Shown here piece after piece: positions 37,987-49,135 of a DNA stretch of 64,000 nt. The position numbers and the translations under genes are program-made. Numbering within the stretch: the first letter of the stretch is position 1; the number at the start of each line of letters is the position of its first letter. The notes under the pieces are model-generated. The model had not been told where the DNA came from, ran no database searches, and was given only the letters and a program-made list of their open reading frames with translations. Source of the DNA: a virus; the IMG/VR virus record IMGVR_UViG_3300031418_000005, positions 160,001 through 224,000 of that record, one strand, 5' to 3'.

Positions 37987-40900
37987 ATGAAAACGTATCC
38001 TTACGATCCTCGGGGCACCAGTACCGAGAATCGCTTCACTGAGGAACGTGTCATCGAGTCCGACAACAGTAACGATCGGGTCGTGGTCTTAGACCATGCC
38101 CCGTTCTTCGACGGTCTGGTCGTACAACAGCCTGGCAGTTCTACACCGCTGACCCGCGGTACGGACTACGAGCTGGAATACGCCCTGACCGCGTTGGATG
38201 ACTCGGTAGCGGCCCCAGTGTTTTGCGGGGTGCACCTGATTAACCCTGACATCAAAGGACTGGTGACATTTACAGGGCAAATGCTCGGGGGTACGTTCTA
38301 CGATGGGTTCGTTGAGATTCTTGATGAACTGGTTAAGTACATCAACAACCCGACCAGTGCAGATTTCTTGCAGTTAGACCATCGTCCGTCGTTGTACCCG
38401 CCAACACCTGCGGCCACCTCTTGGGCAGATATGCTCAACAAGAAGTTTCTGGCGTCGGCGGTACATGATGTGGAACTCGATGCCGGTGCCGCGAACGATT
38501 TGATTCGTGAGAAGCTCGCTGCATTGAAACTCGAAGTGGAAGCCATGGCTGCGGATATCGCAGCCTTTAACTTCCCTGGCCACGTTAATGCCACTAACCC
38601 GCACCAGACTACCGTTGCGCAGAATGGGGCACATCCGGTTAACCTGAAAACGCCAGATACCTTCCTGGCATACGGAAAGACGTTGCGTACCCTGACGGCA
38701 GAAATTCGTGCGTTGGGATTGCAGCAAGCCGATATCGACAAGTACATCTCGAAATGGGTATCGAAAGATGCCAAAGGGGTATTTAACGCGACTATCTCCG
38801 GCACACGGGCATTGTTCCGTTCCCCTGCCGGAGAATCGGAAATCGTGTTCTCAACCGATGCGTTCACGTTAAAGTCTAACGGCTCGATTGTGTTGGCGGC
38901 AGGGTATGTGAGCGGGGATTCCACCACACGCTTTATGGAGTGGAAGGCGGGAACCAACACGCTGCGTATCGAGTCTACAGGTTCTGCGTTGGGGATGGAC
39001 AAACTGACCCTGAATGGAGTGACGTTACTGACCACCACAGCATTGCGTGAGTACCAGCAAGACCCTGGCGATAACGGTTCTGGTAGCGACCCGGACGACA
39101 CCAAGATTTATATCGAAGGTCGTAACGGTGTGACCTTTACTGGCAAAGGCTCCAAGGCTGACCCAATCAGTGGCACAGTTACACCTGCTTCGGCAACCAC
39201 CACTGTCAAAGGTGTGGCGAAGTTGAAGAAAGGGCCAGGTACGGAAACCAGCGGTGTTGCTTCTACGCCGGATTCGTTAACCGGATATGAAGCGGATATG
39301 GGCGGTTACGTGTTAAAGTCCACGTTGCTGAACAACAAAGCCATGGATGACGGTAGCCGTACACTGACCAAAACAGACCTGGGTCTTGGGAACGCGTCAA
39401 ACATCGCCGACATCGATAAGCCGTTGTCCGATGACCTGTCCGAAGCACTAACGGAGCTGAGTCCGTCTGGTCACCACCATGACTGGTCTGAGTTGAATAT
39501 CTACGAAGCGTCGCAACAGGTGCAGGGGATTGGACGTTATTCCAAAAACCAGGCAGGGTTAGCGACAGGTCGTGGTGTAACGCCGTCTGTGTTGAAAGCA
39601 TTAAGTGATCGTCTGGAAGTGGTCGCGGCAGCGTTGGCCAATGCCAAGTCAGGTACTGTCACCGACTTTACTGCGGTGAAAGCCTCGACCTGGACGTTGA
39701 ATACCTACCGCTTATCGGTGACGGATTTGCGTTACTTCTACCTGGATGCGGGTACCCGTAAAGAGGGTGTGGTATCCGGGACGATTGACTTGCAAACCAC
39801 GCCGATGTTCAACTGGTTCTCGCCTGACAACCAGATGGAGGAGACCTGGCCAAACGCGGTTATCAACACCGGGGCAGGACTATCCTTTACTGGCCTCACC
39901 GAACAACCACCGTTCCCGATTCAAGGGAAACAGATCGGTAAGACGCTAAACGGTATGGGTGATTTGTCGGTCGTGTCTGTGCTGGCGAAGTTGCGTCTGA
40001 AAACCGCAACCGGGGCGTTCAAGATTTACGTGGCGGGTGGCGGGAAAATCACCGTGTACTTAAACGGTGAGCAAGTGGCAACGGGTGCGTCTCCGCTGTA
40101 TGTAGTGGCAGAACCACCGTTGGGTGTGGATGAGCACTGTATCGCGATTAAGGCTGAGTGTAACGACACAGCCAAAGCCGCTGCACTACAATTCGACATC
40201 TACGACGACTTGTATCCTTTATACTTCTCCGGTACCCAGACCAAACTGGAATACTTGCAGGAGTTCGTCACGAAGCCAGGGGGTCTGCGTCATTACCTGT
40301 ACGTGAACATGCTGACGACGTCGTTGTATTCGCGCGCAGAGCCTATCCTGTCGCAAGACCTGGATATTGAACGTGGCTTTATTGGCTACATCGATTTACC
40401 AGCCTCCCCAGGCAGTCAGTCGACCGTGTCGTTCGATACGATGTTTGACTTTGGGCCATCGGAAGAGGTAAAGGCACACATTGGGGTGAAACATGCCCAC
40501 AGTGTGAAAGCGAGTGACTGGGCGTTCTCGGATAACCCACGCTTTAAGATGCTGGCGAAGGTGCAACCCGAACCGTTTACTTACGGCATGGTGAAGCACT
40601 ACAGTAGCAACAACCTCGGTAACCTGTTCTACGGCACGCGTGGGATGATTGACTGGTACCATACCGGGAACAACAAGTCAGATATCCTGGCCTGGTTCTC
40701 GAATGAAAACAGTCACCCGATGTGTTGGTTCACCCCGTTTAACCCGAAAGAAGGCAATGCGCCAACGTTCGAAGGCGGGATGATTATCGACATTGAGAAC
40801 ACTGCGGCGGCTGTGGCTCATGCGGAAGAACCGAGTTTGGTGCTTCTCAGTGCCCGAAACAACATACCGGGTTGTAACAAGACGTTGCGTATCTCACTCA

Positions 40901-42156
40901 GCGATTTCAAATGCTATTACGGGATACTTTCCCGGACACAGCAGGTGACCAATGACGCGGTGAGCACGTCAGGTATTCCGATGGTGGACGAGTTTGAAAT
41001 CACCCGCGGAATTACTCTGACGATGTTATCGAATACCTGGATTCCGACGGGGGATTGTCTCGATTATGTTGACCTGGGAGTGAATGCGCCCTTTACTGGC
41101 ACGTTCTCTCCACGTTGGGCGGTACGTTATCGCTATAACGTTAACACCGAGGTTCTGCGGTTGTCTGTGTTGTGTGGACAGCCGGGCATGGTCGCGGTGC
41201 GGGAACAACAGGTCGAGCTTAAGTTGCCCATCGACCTTCTTTCCTACTTTATTGGGGAAGGGATTGGTGTTCGACTTAACAGCCTGGCCAAAAGTGAACG
41301 TCTGCGAGTGGGTCCGGCGTTAATGAACCCGAACGTGGCAGCGTTGAATCTGGATAAATACCAGTATCTGCGCTCGCTGTTTGAGGCGTACGTTGACAGC
41401 AACCTGGAACGTCGTATTGACAGTAGTCGTGACATGGAATACGGTCTCAAGACTGTTGACCCTGTTACGTACGGCGAACCAGTGAACTGGGAACTGACAG
41501 AGTGGGTGAGTGTGCCCTGTGGCCAAGGTAATGCTGAGCTGTCACATCGTGGACAATTGGGCTTACCGTTCCACTCGTCGCGTGCGGTGCGTGGTTCGTT
41601 GTTGTTCCCGTCAAACAAACTGCCCAACAACTGGACAGTGGCCAAAGCGGCTGCAGCGGGCGTTGCCCCAATGCGATTCCGCGACCCTATCTTGCTGTGC
41701 TGGTATCCGGATAAAGCAACAGCGAAAGCCATTGCATCGATGGACGGTACGTTGAAAGGGCCACACATGGCCGGGGGTGTTATTCTCGGTTCACGTATCC
41801 CTGACCCCGGCAGCGCTAATAGCTGGGTGGCGCTGGCGTCGGATCAGCGTGTCGCGTTAACTGCAACAAACCTTGCCGCAGGACAAGCGGTGTATCTGTG
41901 GTTTAAACCTGCAGATACGGCGAGCGGAGAAGCGCTAAACTTCTCTTTAAGCCTGCCGTTGAAAGACAGCAGTGGTACCGTTATCACAACGTTAACGGAA
42001 GACTCTGCGTGGGAGATTCGCTCCGCCAGCCCGCAATTTGTGGCGGAGAAGCGTAACCCCTTCCACCTCACCTCTACAGCCTGGCTGTGGGTGTTGTCTG
42101 AGCTGAAGCGTGAGCAGGCTGCCGATGGCAACAAACTAGGTGAGTGGTCCTCTTAG
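37987..42156 (+). CDS. tail fibre/baseplate protein (paralog 2)
   Basis: 1389 aa; YPYDP.G, APFF..L.RGTDY, NPHQTT, TKTDLGLGN..N..D.DKP.S, HHH motifs. Confidence 0.7.
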   Translation: MKTYPYDPRGTSTENRFTEERVIESDNSNDRVVVLDHAPFFDGLVVQQPGSSTPLTRGTDYELEYALTALDDSVAAPVFCGVHLINPDIKGLVTFTGQMLGGTFYDGFVEILDELVKYINNPTSADFLQLDHRPSLYPPTPAATSWADMLNKKFLASAVHDVELDAGAANDLIREKLAALKLEVEAMAADIAAFNFPGHVNATNPHQTTVAQNGAHPVNLKTPDTFLAYGKTLRTLTAEIRALGLQQADIDKYISKWVSKDAKGVFNATISGTRALFRSPAGESEIVFSTDAFTLKSNGSIVLAAGYVSGDSTTRFMEWKAGTNTLRIESTGSALGMDKLTLNGVTLLTTTALREYQQDPGDNGSGSDPDDTKIYIEGRNGVTFTGKGSKADPISGTVTPASATTTVKGVAKLKKGPGTETSGVASTPDSLTGYEADMGGYVLKSTLLNNKAMDDGSRTLTKTDLGLGNASNIADIDKPLSDDLSEALTELSPSGHHHDWSELNIYEASQQVQGIGRYSKNQAGLATGRGVTPSVLKALSDRLEVVAAALANAKSGTVTDFTAVKASTWTLNTYRLSVTDLRYFYLDAGTRKEGVVSGTIDLQTTPMFNWFSPDNQMEETWPNAVINTGAGLSFTGLTEQPPFPIQGKQIGKTLNGMGDLSVVSVLAKLRLKTATGAFKIYVAGGGKITVYLNGEQVATGASPLYVVAEPPLGVDEHCIAIKAECNDTAKAAALQFDIYDDLYPLYFSGTQTKLEYLQEFVTKPGGLRHYLYVNMLTTSLYSRAEPILSQDLDIERGFIGYIDLPASPGSQSTVSFDTMFDFGPSEEVKAHIGVKHAHSVKASDWAFSDNPRFKMLAKVQPEPFTYGMVKHYSSNNLGNLFYGTRGMIDWYHTGNNKSDILAWFSNENSHPMCWFTPFNPKEGNAPTFEGGMIIDIENTAAAVAHAEEPSLVLLSARNNIPGCNKTLRISLSDFKCYYGILSRTQQVTNDAVSTSGIPMVDEFEITRGITLTMLSNTWIPTGDCLDYVDLGVNAPFTGTFSPRWAVRYRYNVNTEVLRLSVLCGQPGMVAVREQQVELKLPIDLLSYFIGEGIGVRLNSLAKSERLRVGPALMNPNVAALNLDKYQYLRSLFEAYVDSNLERRIDSSRDMEYGLKTVDPVTYGEPVNWELTEWVSVPCGQGNAELSHRGQLGLPFHSSRAVRGSLLFPSNKLPNNWTVAKAAAAGVAPMRFRDPILLCWYPDKATAKAIASMDGTLKGPHMAGGVILGSRIPDPGSANSWVALASDQRVALTATNLAAGQAVYLWFKPADTASGEALNFSLSLPLKDSSGTVITTLTEDSAWEIRSASPQFVAEKRNPFHLTSTAWLWVLSELKREQAADGNKLGEWSS

Positions 42157-42192
42157 GACGGAACGTCTGCGGACGTCACCCGTCCGTAGGTA

Positions 42193-42214
42193 ACCCCACC
42201 CTTCGGGGTGGGGT
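42193..42214 (+). terminator. hairpin/terminator inside the tail operon
   Basis: ACCCCACCC-TTCG-GGGTGGGGT. Confidence 0.6.
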
Positions 42215-42246
42215 ATCCGTTTTATTTCAAAGTAGGAGTCTTTGCA

Positions 42247-45200
42247 ATGCCGAGAGAAGATGCGGCGCAGTTTAACGGTACGCTCAAGACCGCAACGTAC
42301 CCGAATAAATACAATGCGGTGATTCCTGCCGAAGGTCCTTTCTACCGCATTGGGCTGAAACTTACTGTTAAGGATGCAACTGCACCTGGCGGTAAACGTA
42401 CCCTTATCGAGGGTCTGGATTATTATCTCGGTTACTATTTCAAAGAGCTGGCCGAAGCTGAGCAAGACCAAATCTACGGGGGCTTCATCCTACTGACAGC
42501 CACCGAAGTCGATTATGAAATCCTGTCTGTTGGCCGTCAGTATCGTCTGCCGCAGTCAGAGATTGGTAAATACCTGGTGCGCACTGACCTGAAAGACCCA
42601 CGTAACGTGGACTGGTCAGAGTTGATGAAATACGCACCGGTGATTTCCCCGATTGACCCGCCAGAAAACATCGAAGAAGCTATTCTGCGCGATGAAGTGG
42701 TAAAAGCCATCGAAGATATTCGCGTAGGGATTCTGGCCCGTGCCAGTGACCTGGATACGGCGTTTACTGAACTGACGGATATGATCTATCAGAACGGTAA
42801 CACGGTGTTTGAGCAGGAGATGTATCAGCATCACCTGAAAAGCAATGCGCACGGCTATACCACGACCGACGTGGGTGCGTTGCCGGTTGTCGGTAAAGCG
42901 GTTGATGCTACCAGAGCGTTTGGTCGTACGTTGGCTGAGCTCGTTAACCTGATGTCGACATCGGGGATTTCCCAGGCTCACGTTGATCTGTTAATGGATA
43001 ACACCCTGGGGGATTTGCTGGGGCGTCTGCGTGTTCTCAACAACGACGCGATTACGTTCCAGACCACCGCGGGCCACCTCATTAGCCTGAAAGGTGAGAA
43101 ATTCATTATCACCTCACCAAAGCCGCTGGTATTAAAAGCCGACCAGGACAACAACGACACCGGTATCGGGGTGGAGTTTTCGGCGGGCCTCAATACCCTG
43201 TGGGTGCATTCGGGGAAAGCTGGGGATAAGTGGGGCGGTTACAGCATGGATGTGTTGGCCCCGGTCTTTAACTCGGTGTTCCTGGTAACGCCGGAGATGG
43301 TCGGGATGTATTTGACCGCGGTTAAACTGTTGCCTGCCAATGCCTACTTTAAATCCAGCGACACGCTCAAGATTTACGGTAGCGGTAAGCAAACCAACCC
43401 GGTGTACATGAACGTCGAGTTGCCCACCGCAACCAACGCAGTGGCGGGTCTGTTCTCCATCACGAACATCTCTAACTCCGTGGCCACCGGTGCAGCCATC
43501 TCGCAGAAAGCGGTTACCGACCTGAAAGCCAAACTTGACCTGTATGTGGACGACACTTACAGCATCAACGGCAAACGCTTCGTGAAAGACGCCAGCGGTA
43601 ATCAGGTACTGACACTGACCAAAGCGGATTTTGGTGTGGACAAGATGGACAACACCACACCACTGGAAAAGCCGGTTACTAAAGCATTGACCGCTGCCCT
43701 CGCCACGAAAGCGAAAAGTGACCACACGCACACCATTGCCGACCTCGACAATGTTCCGTATGGCTCAACCACCGCCAGTGGCCTGCTGAAAATCTGGGAT
43801 GCGATTGATACGACGGATGATAAAGTCGTGACGTCACGTCAGGGCTTCTTACTGGATCAGAAGATTGACCAGCTCAGCGACAAAATCAACACGTTGCTGC
43901 CTGCCTGGACAGTTCCAGGGGCGAAGTTTGGTAATGGCGGGTTCTTACCGATTCCAGCAATGGGGAACTATTCCGGCTTCACCAAAAACCAGACCTACCA
44001 GAAAGGGTTAATCGGATATCAGCAAGGGCGTCTCTATTCCCTGCGTAACGGCAGTAACGGGATAGCGGGTAGTGAAGCGATTTACTACGCGTATGCTGAC
44101 ATCACCAACGACCAGAAACTGACCAACGTGCAACAGACGTCGGTGAAGTATATGCCTGCGGGTATGAGCAAGTTCCCTGGTGTGTCTCTGGTGGCGATTC
44201 TGATTACCGGTACTGACGGTGCGGTGTGTCTGGGGTCGGATGGTAAGCGTTATCTGGTGTTGTTCAACGGGTCGATGGATCACGCGAAACACACCGCGGT
44301 GTCTCAGGTTAATTTCCCGGACTACCGTAACGGTAACGGGACAGACGTTACCACGGCTGAGTTTGTGCCGAATGTGTCCACGGATGATATCGTCGCGGTA
44401 GGCACCAATGTGTTCTTGCTGCGTAACGTGCTGACAAACGCGCAGTATTCTGTTGCGGCATGGAAACTGAAAGCCGCGGACGTTGCCAATGCCACGGTAA
44501 TGTTTGAACGCGTGATACTGACCGGTGAAAACGGGATGTCGGGTGATAACCTGATGATTCGTTACGGCCAGAAAACAGCAGCCTCGCAAACAGGCCCGTT
44601 CGTCACCTATTTGACGCCAGAGGCGGCAGCGAAATGGGTGAACGCCACTAACTTCGTACATGGGCCAGAAGCCAACCACATGTACGGGGTCAGCGAAGGT
44701 AAGGTGCGCGTTAACCATACCCCAACAATGTGGTTCGCTGCACCTAACGGTGACGTATTGAATTTCAGCCAATGGCAAACCAGTTTTGTACTGGATACCG
44801 AAGCGAACACCGTCACGCTGGAATGTCCGCAGCGTTTCCCGCTGGTTGCTGATGTCACAACCGTGAAATATGCCGACGGTACGTTTGATGGATTTACCCA
44901 AGGCAAATGGCACGGTGGTGTGGCAAACAACCGCACGTTCGCGACGGTAGTAAATGATGTAGTGGTGTCGCAGTGGCTGGCAGGTGATGCTGACCAGATG
45001 CCAGGGATTGCTATCCGGCCTGCCAAAGGGAAATCCTTGTACGATTTCCTGCGCTACGACTATACCGCGTTTGCCGATGCCACCCAAAACAGTGCGGCAA
45101 CGTTAAACCAGGGGCGTGGGTCTGTTTACTCCACTGGGATGTCGTATCCGTTAGGGTTGGGTGGTTCGAATCTGTTGTGGCTATCTGACCCACGTACACG

Positions 45201-47430
45201 GACAGCAATCGAGGTTGAAGTTGACCCGAACAAACCGTATAACGTGGCAGGCTACAGCGGCTACGGCCCGGACAACGCGCGGCGTGTAGTAGATAGCACC
45301 CTCTATGAACAGTTGAGCAACATCCCGTTGATGCTGACGCCGTCTCAAGGCGTGGGTGTGCTGAATGGCTGGTACTGTACGGGACCTGAGTCTTTCCCGT
45401 ACAAGAACGTACCGGGTAACTTTGCCTTGGCAGCTGACCGGTTGAACCTGACGCAAACCGAATGGAATAAGATGAAGCAATCTATTCTGGACGGGGCACC
45501 GACAGGGGCCGCAAACGGGTACGCATCGGAATACATCAATGCCGCTAATCAGGCCGGGAAAGCGCTGTTTGCTGTCTGGTTTATGGGTATTGGTACGGCG
45601 CATCCATTGACGCTGATTCAGGTCTCGGCACAACGTGTAGTGAACAACGTCAATATCCTTGACGTCTATTACTTCACAATGACGCCAACCATTTCCGGTG
45701 GCAATGTATCGTTCCCGACGGCAGCAGTAAACCTGCTCGATTTCTTCAACAACCTGGACTACGGTCTGAACTACGCGATGTTGGGAGAGATTACCGGTGG
45801 GAAAACCAAACGTGTGGGTCAGCCGATTATGGCCTCCACTAACGGAACCGATTTTGCTATCTGGTTACCGTACACGTTAGGGCTGCGCCTGATTGGGGAT
45901 TTGGCATCGGTCGGTTATGCGGCAGGGTTGCGTTACAGTAGCGGGACGTGGACAAAAGTGGCAGGGAAAACGGCACTGCGTCGTATGGCTCCGTCACACA
46001 CGCCAGAGTCTGTGGTCTACATGGGTGCTGGCAGCTGGAATAGTGTCGCGCGCATTTATTCGAAAGCAGACCGTGTGTTCTGTTCCGGGGATGCGTATAC
46101 GCTGGCAAACTTCGTTGCTGACCCTACCTTTGTGACCACGGCTTCACCGCAAGCGGTTATTTTGGCTGGGGTGGAGACTGCCGAAGGGTGGATTCTCTAT
46201 CTGACGGAAGAAGTGGAGCTGTCGTTCGGTAGTGCCAGCTATACACTCCCGACCTGGTCGATTGACCTCAGTGATGCTTACCCAACGGCACACGCCAATC
46301 GGACTTTCTATCTGCACGCTCAGGTGGTTAACGGTACCGCGAGTTATCTGATGGACACCGTGCGTCATCCCGACACAGACAGTTTGCTGTACGTGGGTTG
46401 GGTGACAACGGATGCTAACCGAATTACGGGGCAGGATATCCAGCAGGTGAAGCGTCTGGGCCAGGTGAAACAGCTTGAAGAACACGCAGGGGTTGCGTAC
46501 CGTCACGATGTTTCGGCGGCGCGTGAATCGCGTGTGGGTTCGATGGGTCTGTTGAAACGGGTTGCGCTCTCTACCCCTGGTCTTGGGGTGGCTGGGTATG
46601 CAGATGGTCAGGAGCTGTATAAAGGTATCGAGCGTCAACTGCGCTCCGCTTTACCGATTCAGAAGCGGTTTGCAGGTTTTGCTGTCACCAAGTGGGAACA
46701 CTTCCAGAACGTTGCTCGCCGCTTCTGGTTGAAGAACCCCACGGAAACCGCAGCTGTATCCGGGGATAACGCAAAAGCGGCCAGCTTTAACATGAAATGG
46801 ATTGGGGCACAGATGTCGCCAGTGGTATCCGGGGAAACCTATACTGCGGTGGCGCAGCTGCGCTTTACCGTTCCAGGCAATGTGGGTGACGCCAGCAAGA
46901 TGATCAGTCAGCGATATGCAGTGCCAAATGGAATCAGCAGTTTCAAATACTGCTTGAATTCAGCGGCTACTAGCCAGTCGTCGGAAATGACGTTTAATAC
47001 CGGCAATGACCTTGTAAATATCGTGGGTTCTGGTTTAGCAGCCGGGATGGAGTACGTGATGCACATGTCCGTACAACTGACCGCCGCGCAATACCAGTCG
47101 CTGGGAAATAAAATCCTTTCCATGCAAGTGGTAGAGGACGCAACCGGTACGGTGTTCCGTCAAACAGATGTCGATACCCCATTCCTTATCTACGCATCCA
47201 GCGAGTTGAACGGAGGCGGGGTGGTGAGAGTGGCACGCGAACTGGTGATTCCAAATCTGCCATCTGAACCGGCTGTCGTGATACATGCTGGTAATGATGG
47301 GCTTAACCCGCCATACCAGGCGAGTTATGATGCGGGGACACTGACGTTGTCGGTGGCGTGTGAATATGCTGCGGGCGGTGCACTGGTTGACCTCGATGAG
47401 ATTCAGGTCAATCTTATGTTCAAGTCTTAA
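42247..47430 (+). CDS. tail fibre/baseplate protein (paralog 3)
   Basis: 1727 aa from the ATG at 42247 (AGGAG RBS); GPFY..L.EG.DY, TKADFG.D..DN, HTH motifs. Confidence 0.7.
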   Translation: MPREDAAQFNGTLKTATYPNKYNAVIPAEGPFYRIGLKLTVKDATAPGGKRTLIEGLDYYLGYYFKELAEAEQDQIYGGFILLTATEVDYEILSVGRQYRLPQSEIGKYLVRTDLKDPRNVDWSELMKYAPVISPIDPPENIEEAILRDEVVKAIEDIRVGILARASDLDTAFTELTDMIYQNGNTVFEQEMYQHHLKSNAHGYTTTDVGALPVVGKAVDATRAFGRTLAELVNLMSTSGISQAHVDLLMDNTLGDLLGRLRVLNNDAITFQTTAGHLISLKGEKFIITSPKPLVLKADQDNNDTGIGVEFSAGLNTLWVHSGKAGDKWGGYSMDVLAPVFNSVFLVTPEMVGMYLTAVKLLPANAYFKSSDTLKIYGSGKQTNPVYMNVELPTATNAVAGLFSITNISNSVATGAAISQKAVTDLKAKLDLYVDDTYSINGKRFVKDASGNQVLTLTKADFGVDKMDNTTPLEKPVTKALTAALATKAKSDHTHTIADLDNVPYGSTTASGLLKIWDAIDTTDDKVVTSRQGFLLDQKIDQLSDKINTLLPAWTVPGAKFGNGGFLPIPAMGNYSGFTKNQTYQKGLIGYQQGRLYSLRNGSNGIAGSEAIYYAYADITNDQKLTNVQQTSVKYMPAGMSKFPGVSLVAILITGTDGAVCLGSDGKRYLVLFNGSMDHAKHTAVSQVNFPDYRNGNGTDVTTAEFVPNVSTDDIVAVGTNVFLLRNVLTNAQYSVAAWKLKAADVANATVMFERVILTGENGMSGDNLMIRYGQKTAASQTGPFVTYLTPEAAAKWVNATNFVHGPEANHMYGVSEGKVRVNHTPTMWFAAPNGDVLNFSQWQTSFVLDTEANTVTLECPQRFPLVADVTTVKYADGTFDGFTQGKWHGGVANNRTFATVVNDVVVSQWLAGDADQMPGIAIRPAKGKSLYDFLRYDYTAFADATQNSAATLNQGRGSVYSTGMSYPLGLGGSNLLWLSDPRTRTAIEVEVDPNKPYNVAGYSGYGPDNARRVVDSTLYEQLSNIPLMLTPSQGVGVLNGWYCTGPESFPYKNVPGNFALAADRLNLTQTEWNKMKQSILDGAPTGAANGYASEYINAANQAGKALFAVWFMGIGTAHPLTLIQVSAQRVVNNVNILDVYYFTMTPTISGGNVSFPTAAVNLLDFFNNLDYGLNYAMLGEITGGKTKRVGQPIMASTNGTDFAIWLPYTLGLRLIGDLASVGYAAGLRYSSGTWTKVAGKTALRRMAPSHTPESVVYMGAGSWNSVARIYSKADRVFCSGDAYTLANFVADPTFVTTASPQAVILAGVETAEGWILYLTEEVELSFGSASYTLPTWSIDLSDAYPTAHANRTFYLHAQVVNGTASYLMDTVRHPDTDSLLYVGWVTTDANRITGQDIQQVKRLGQVKQLEEHAGVAYRHDVSAARESRVGSMGLLKRVALSTPGLGVAGYADGQELYKGIERQLRSALPIQKRFAGFAVTKWEHFQNVARRFWLKNPTETAAVSGDNAKAASFNMKWIGAQMSPVVSGETYTAVAQLRFTVPGNVGDASKMISQRYAVPNGISSFKYCLNSAATSQSSEMTFNTGNDLVNIVGSGLAAGMEYVMHMSVQLTAAQYQSLGNKILSMQVVEDATGTVFRQTDVDTPFLIYASSELNGGGVVRVARELVIPNLPSEPAVVIHAGNDGLNPPYQASYDAGTLTLSVACEYAAGGALVDLDEIQVNLMFKS

Positions 47431-47474
47431 CAGCGCTGTGGGGCACGGACGCCCCAATCAAAGGAGTTCTGGCC

Positions 47475-48674
47475 ATGGCCGATATTGTTTTTCAGTACCC
47501 GCTTGACCTCAGGGGCACGCTGACTTCTAACGCCGTTACCCGACCGATTACGTTGGGCTCGGGTAAAGTCAACCGTGCCTTTGCATTCCCGGCGGGCCCG
47601 TTTTACGCAGATACATTTAAGATGTATGCCAGTAACAAACCTGGCACGCTGTACAAACGCGGGACAGACTACGAGTTGGTCTTCCTGCACCCGGCGTATG
47701 AGAAGCTCACCAAAGGCCGTGAAGTCGTTATGGCGGTGGTGGTTACCAACTCGGCAATCCCTACCTCTATTACCGTCGCTGCCCAAGTCATCGGTGGGCC
47801 GCAGTCTGCCAACGTAGTGGCCATCGAGCAAGCTATTAAAGAGCTGAAACTCGAAGACCGTACGGTAGATTTCAAAGACCTGCGCAACGTGCCGGATACG
47901 TTCCCGTCTGCTCCGACGTTTAAAGACGTGGGTGACATCTACGGGTTCGAATTCATCATCACGGTGCTCTCAGGGATTAAGGATGCGATTAACTCCGGCT
48001 CGGCAGTACAGCTGGAACAAATCAAAGCCATCATCGACGGGTTGAAGCAAGACTTCCTCGATGCCCTGAACGCCCACGTTAATGCCCAGGGCAATGTGCA
48101 CAAACTCGATATTCACCAGGCTAACGGCCTGACCGAAACCGAGATTCGTGCTTTGATTGCAGGCGTGCAATCTGCGATTGATGCGACTATTCAGGATATC
48201 AACGGCCTGAAAACTGCAGATACGGCTCTGGGTGCCCGTATCGATGCGGTGGTGCAATCACTGGTAGCCTGGAACGACCAGCTCAACGTGGTGGCGCAGA
48301 ACTACCAGAAGATGTCGCTTGCTTTGGCAAACCTCAACTCGCTGGTACTGCAACTGCAAAAGATGGTCAACGATCTGCAGTCGCTGGTTAACGGGTTAAC
48401 CCAACGTGTGGCGGATTTGGAATCGCAAGGCCAGGACTTCCAACAGAAGTTCGACAACCTGCAATCCCAGATTACCGCACTCAATACCCGTGTTACCAAT
48501 AACACCAACGCGATTTCTCAGGCGAACCAAAACCTGGCAAACCACGTTGCGGCAGACAACCCGCACCCGAACTACCTGCACAAAACGTATGGCGGTGTGG
48601 TACAGGCCGCGGTACACGTCAACAACAGTCTCACCACTCGCGACGACGTACAAGCCGAAGCCGGTACACGATAA
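47475..48674 (+). CDS. short tail fibre/adaptor with coiled-coil stalk (paralog 4)
   Basis: YPLD..G, GPFY..RGTDY N-domain, heptad region, NHVAADNPHPNY near the C-terminus. Confidence 0.65.
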   Translation: MADIVFQYPLDLRGTLTSNAVTRPITLGSGKVNRAFAFPAGPFYADTFKMYASNKPGTLYKRGTDYELVFLHPAYEKLTKGREVVMAVVVTNSAIPTSITVAAQVIGGPQSANVVAIEQAIKELKLEDRTVDFKDLRNVPDTFPSAPTFKDVGDIYGFEFIITVLSGIKDAINSGSAVQLEQIKAIIDGLKQDFLDALNAHVNAQGNVHKLDIHQANGLTETEIRALIAGVQSAIDATIQDINGLKTADTALGARIDAVVQSLVAWNDQLNVVAQNYQKMSLALANLNSLVLQLQKMVNDLQSLVNGLTQRVADLESQGQDFQQKFDNLQSQITALNTRVTNNTNAISQANQNLANHVAADNPHPNYLHKTYGGVVQAAVHVNNSLTTRDDVQAEAGTR

Positions 48675-48689
48675 ACTTTTTAAAAACAC

Positions 48690-48717
48690 GAGGACCTGTC
48701 TATATGGCAGAGTCCTC
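48690..48717 (+). terminator. intrinsic terminator before the peptide cluster
   Basis: GAGGAC-CTGTC/GGCAG-A-GTCCTC followed by TTTTTT. Confidence 0.6.
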
Positions 48718-48740
48718 TTTTTTATTCTTAAAGGAAACGT

Positions 48741-49124
48741 ATGGCAATCTCACTTAAAAACATACGCGACCGCCTGCAAACTGTGGAGAGCAATTACGCC
48801 ACCGGCCCCCGTGTTGATGGTCAGGTAGCGGCACAGGCGAATAACGCCCAAGACCGCTTCGCTGGATGGACACCGGGACAGTTGGACTGTGGCGGAACGT
48901 GTAGCTGGTCGTGCTCTAACGGTTGTTCGGCAAGTTGTACCAGTTGCTCAGGTACATGTACGTCGACATGTACAGGCAGTTGTACGGGCGGGTGTTCTAC
49001 CGGGTGTTCGGGTTGCTCAGGTTGTTCAGGTAGTTGCTCTGGCGGCTGCTCGGGTAAATGTAGCGGGTGCTCTGGATCGTGCTCATCGAGCTGCACTGGC
49101 TGTTCTGGCTGCTCTGGGCCGTAG
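48741..49124 (+). CDS. Cys-X-X-X repeat precursor peptide 1
   Basis: 49-aa leader plus 78-aa Cys/Ser/Gly/Thr core with 21 Cys; AAGGA RBS. Confidence 0.8.
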   Translation: MAISLKNIRDRLQTVESNYATGPRVDGQVAAQANNAQDRFAGWTPGQLDCGGTCSWSCSNGCSASCTSCSGTCTSTCTGSCTGGCSTGCSGCSGCSGSCSGGCSGKCSGCSGSCSSSCTGCSGCSGP

Positions 49125-49135
49125 TAGGAGACAAC

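Noticed and set aside
44008-45087. Long antisense ORFs inside tail genes (also 38298-39104)
   Set aside because: Fully nested opposite well-supported genes; expected from codon bias.
49067-49135. Hydrophobic N-terminal extension of precursor 2 in the ORF track
   Set aside because: Overlaps precursor 1; the ATG at 49136 has an AGGAG RBS and aligns with the other leaders.
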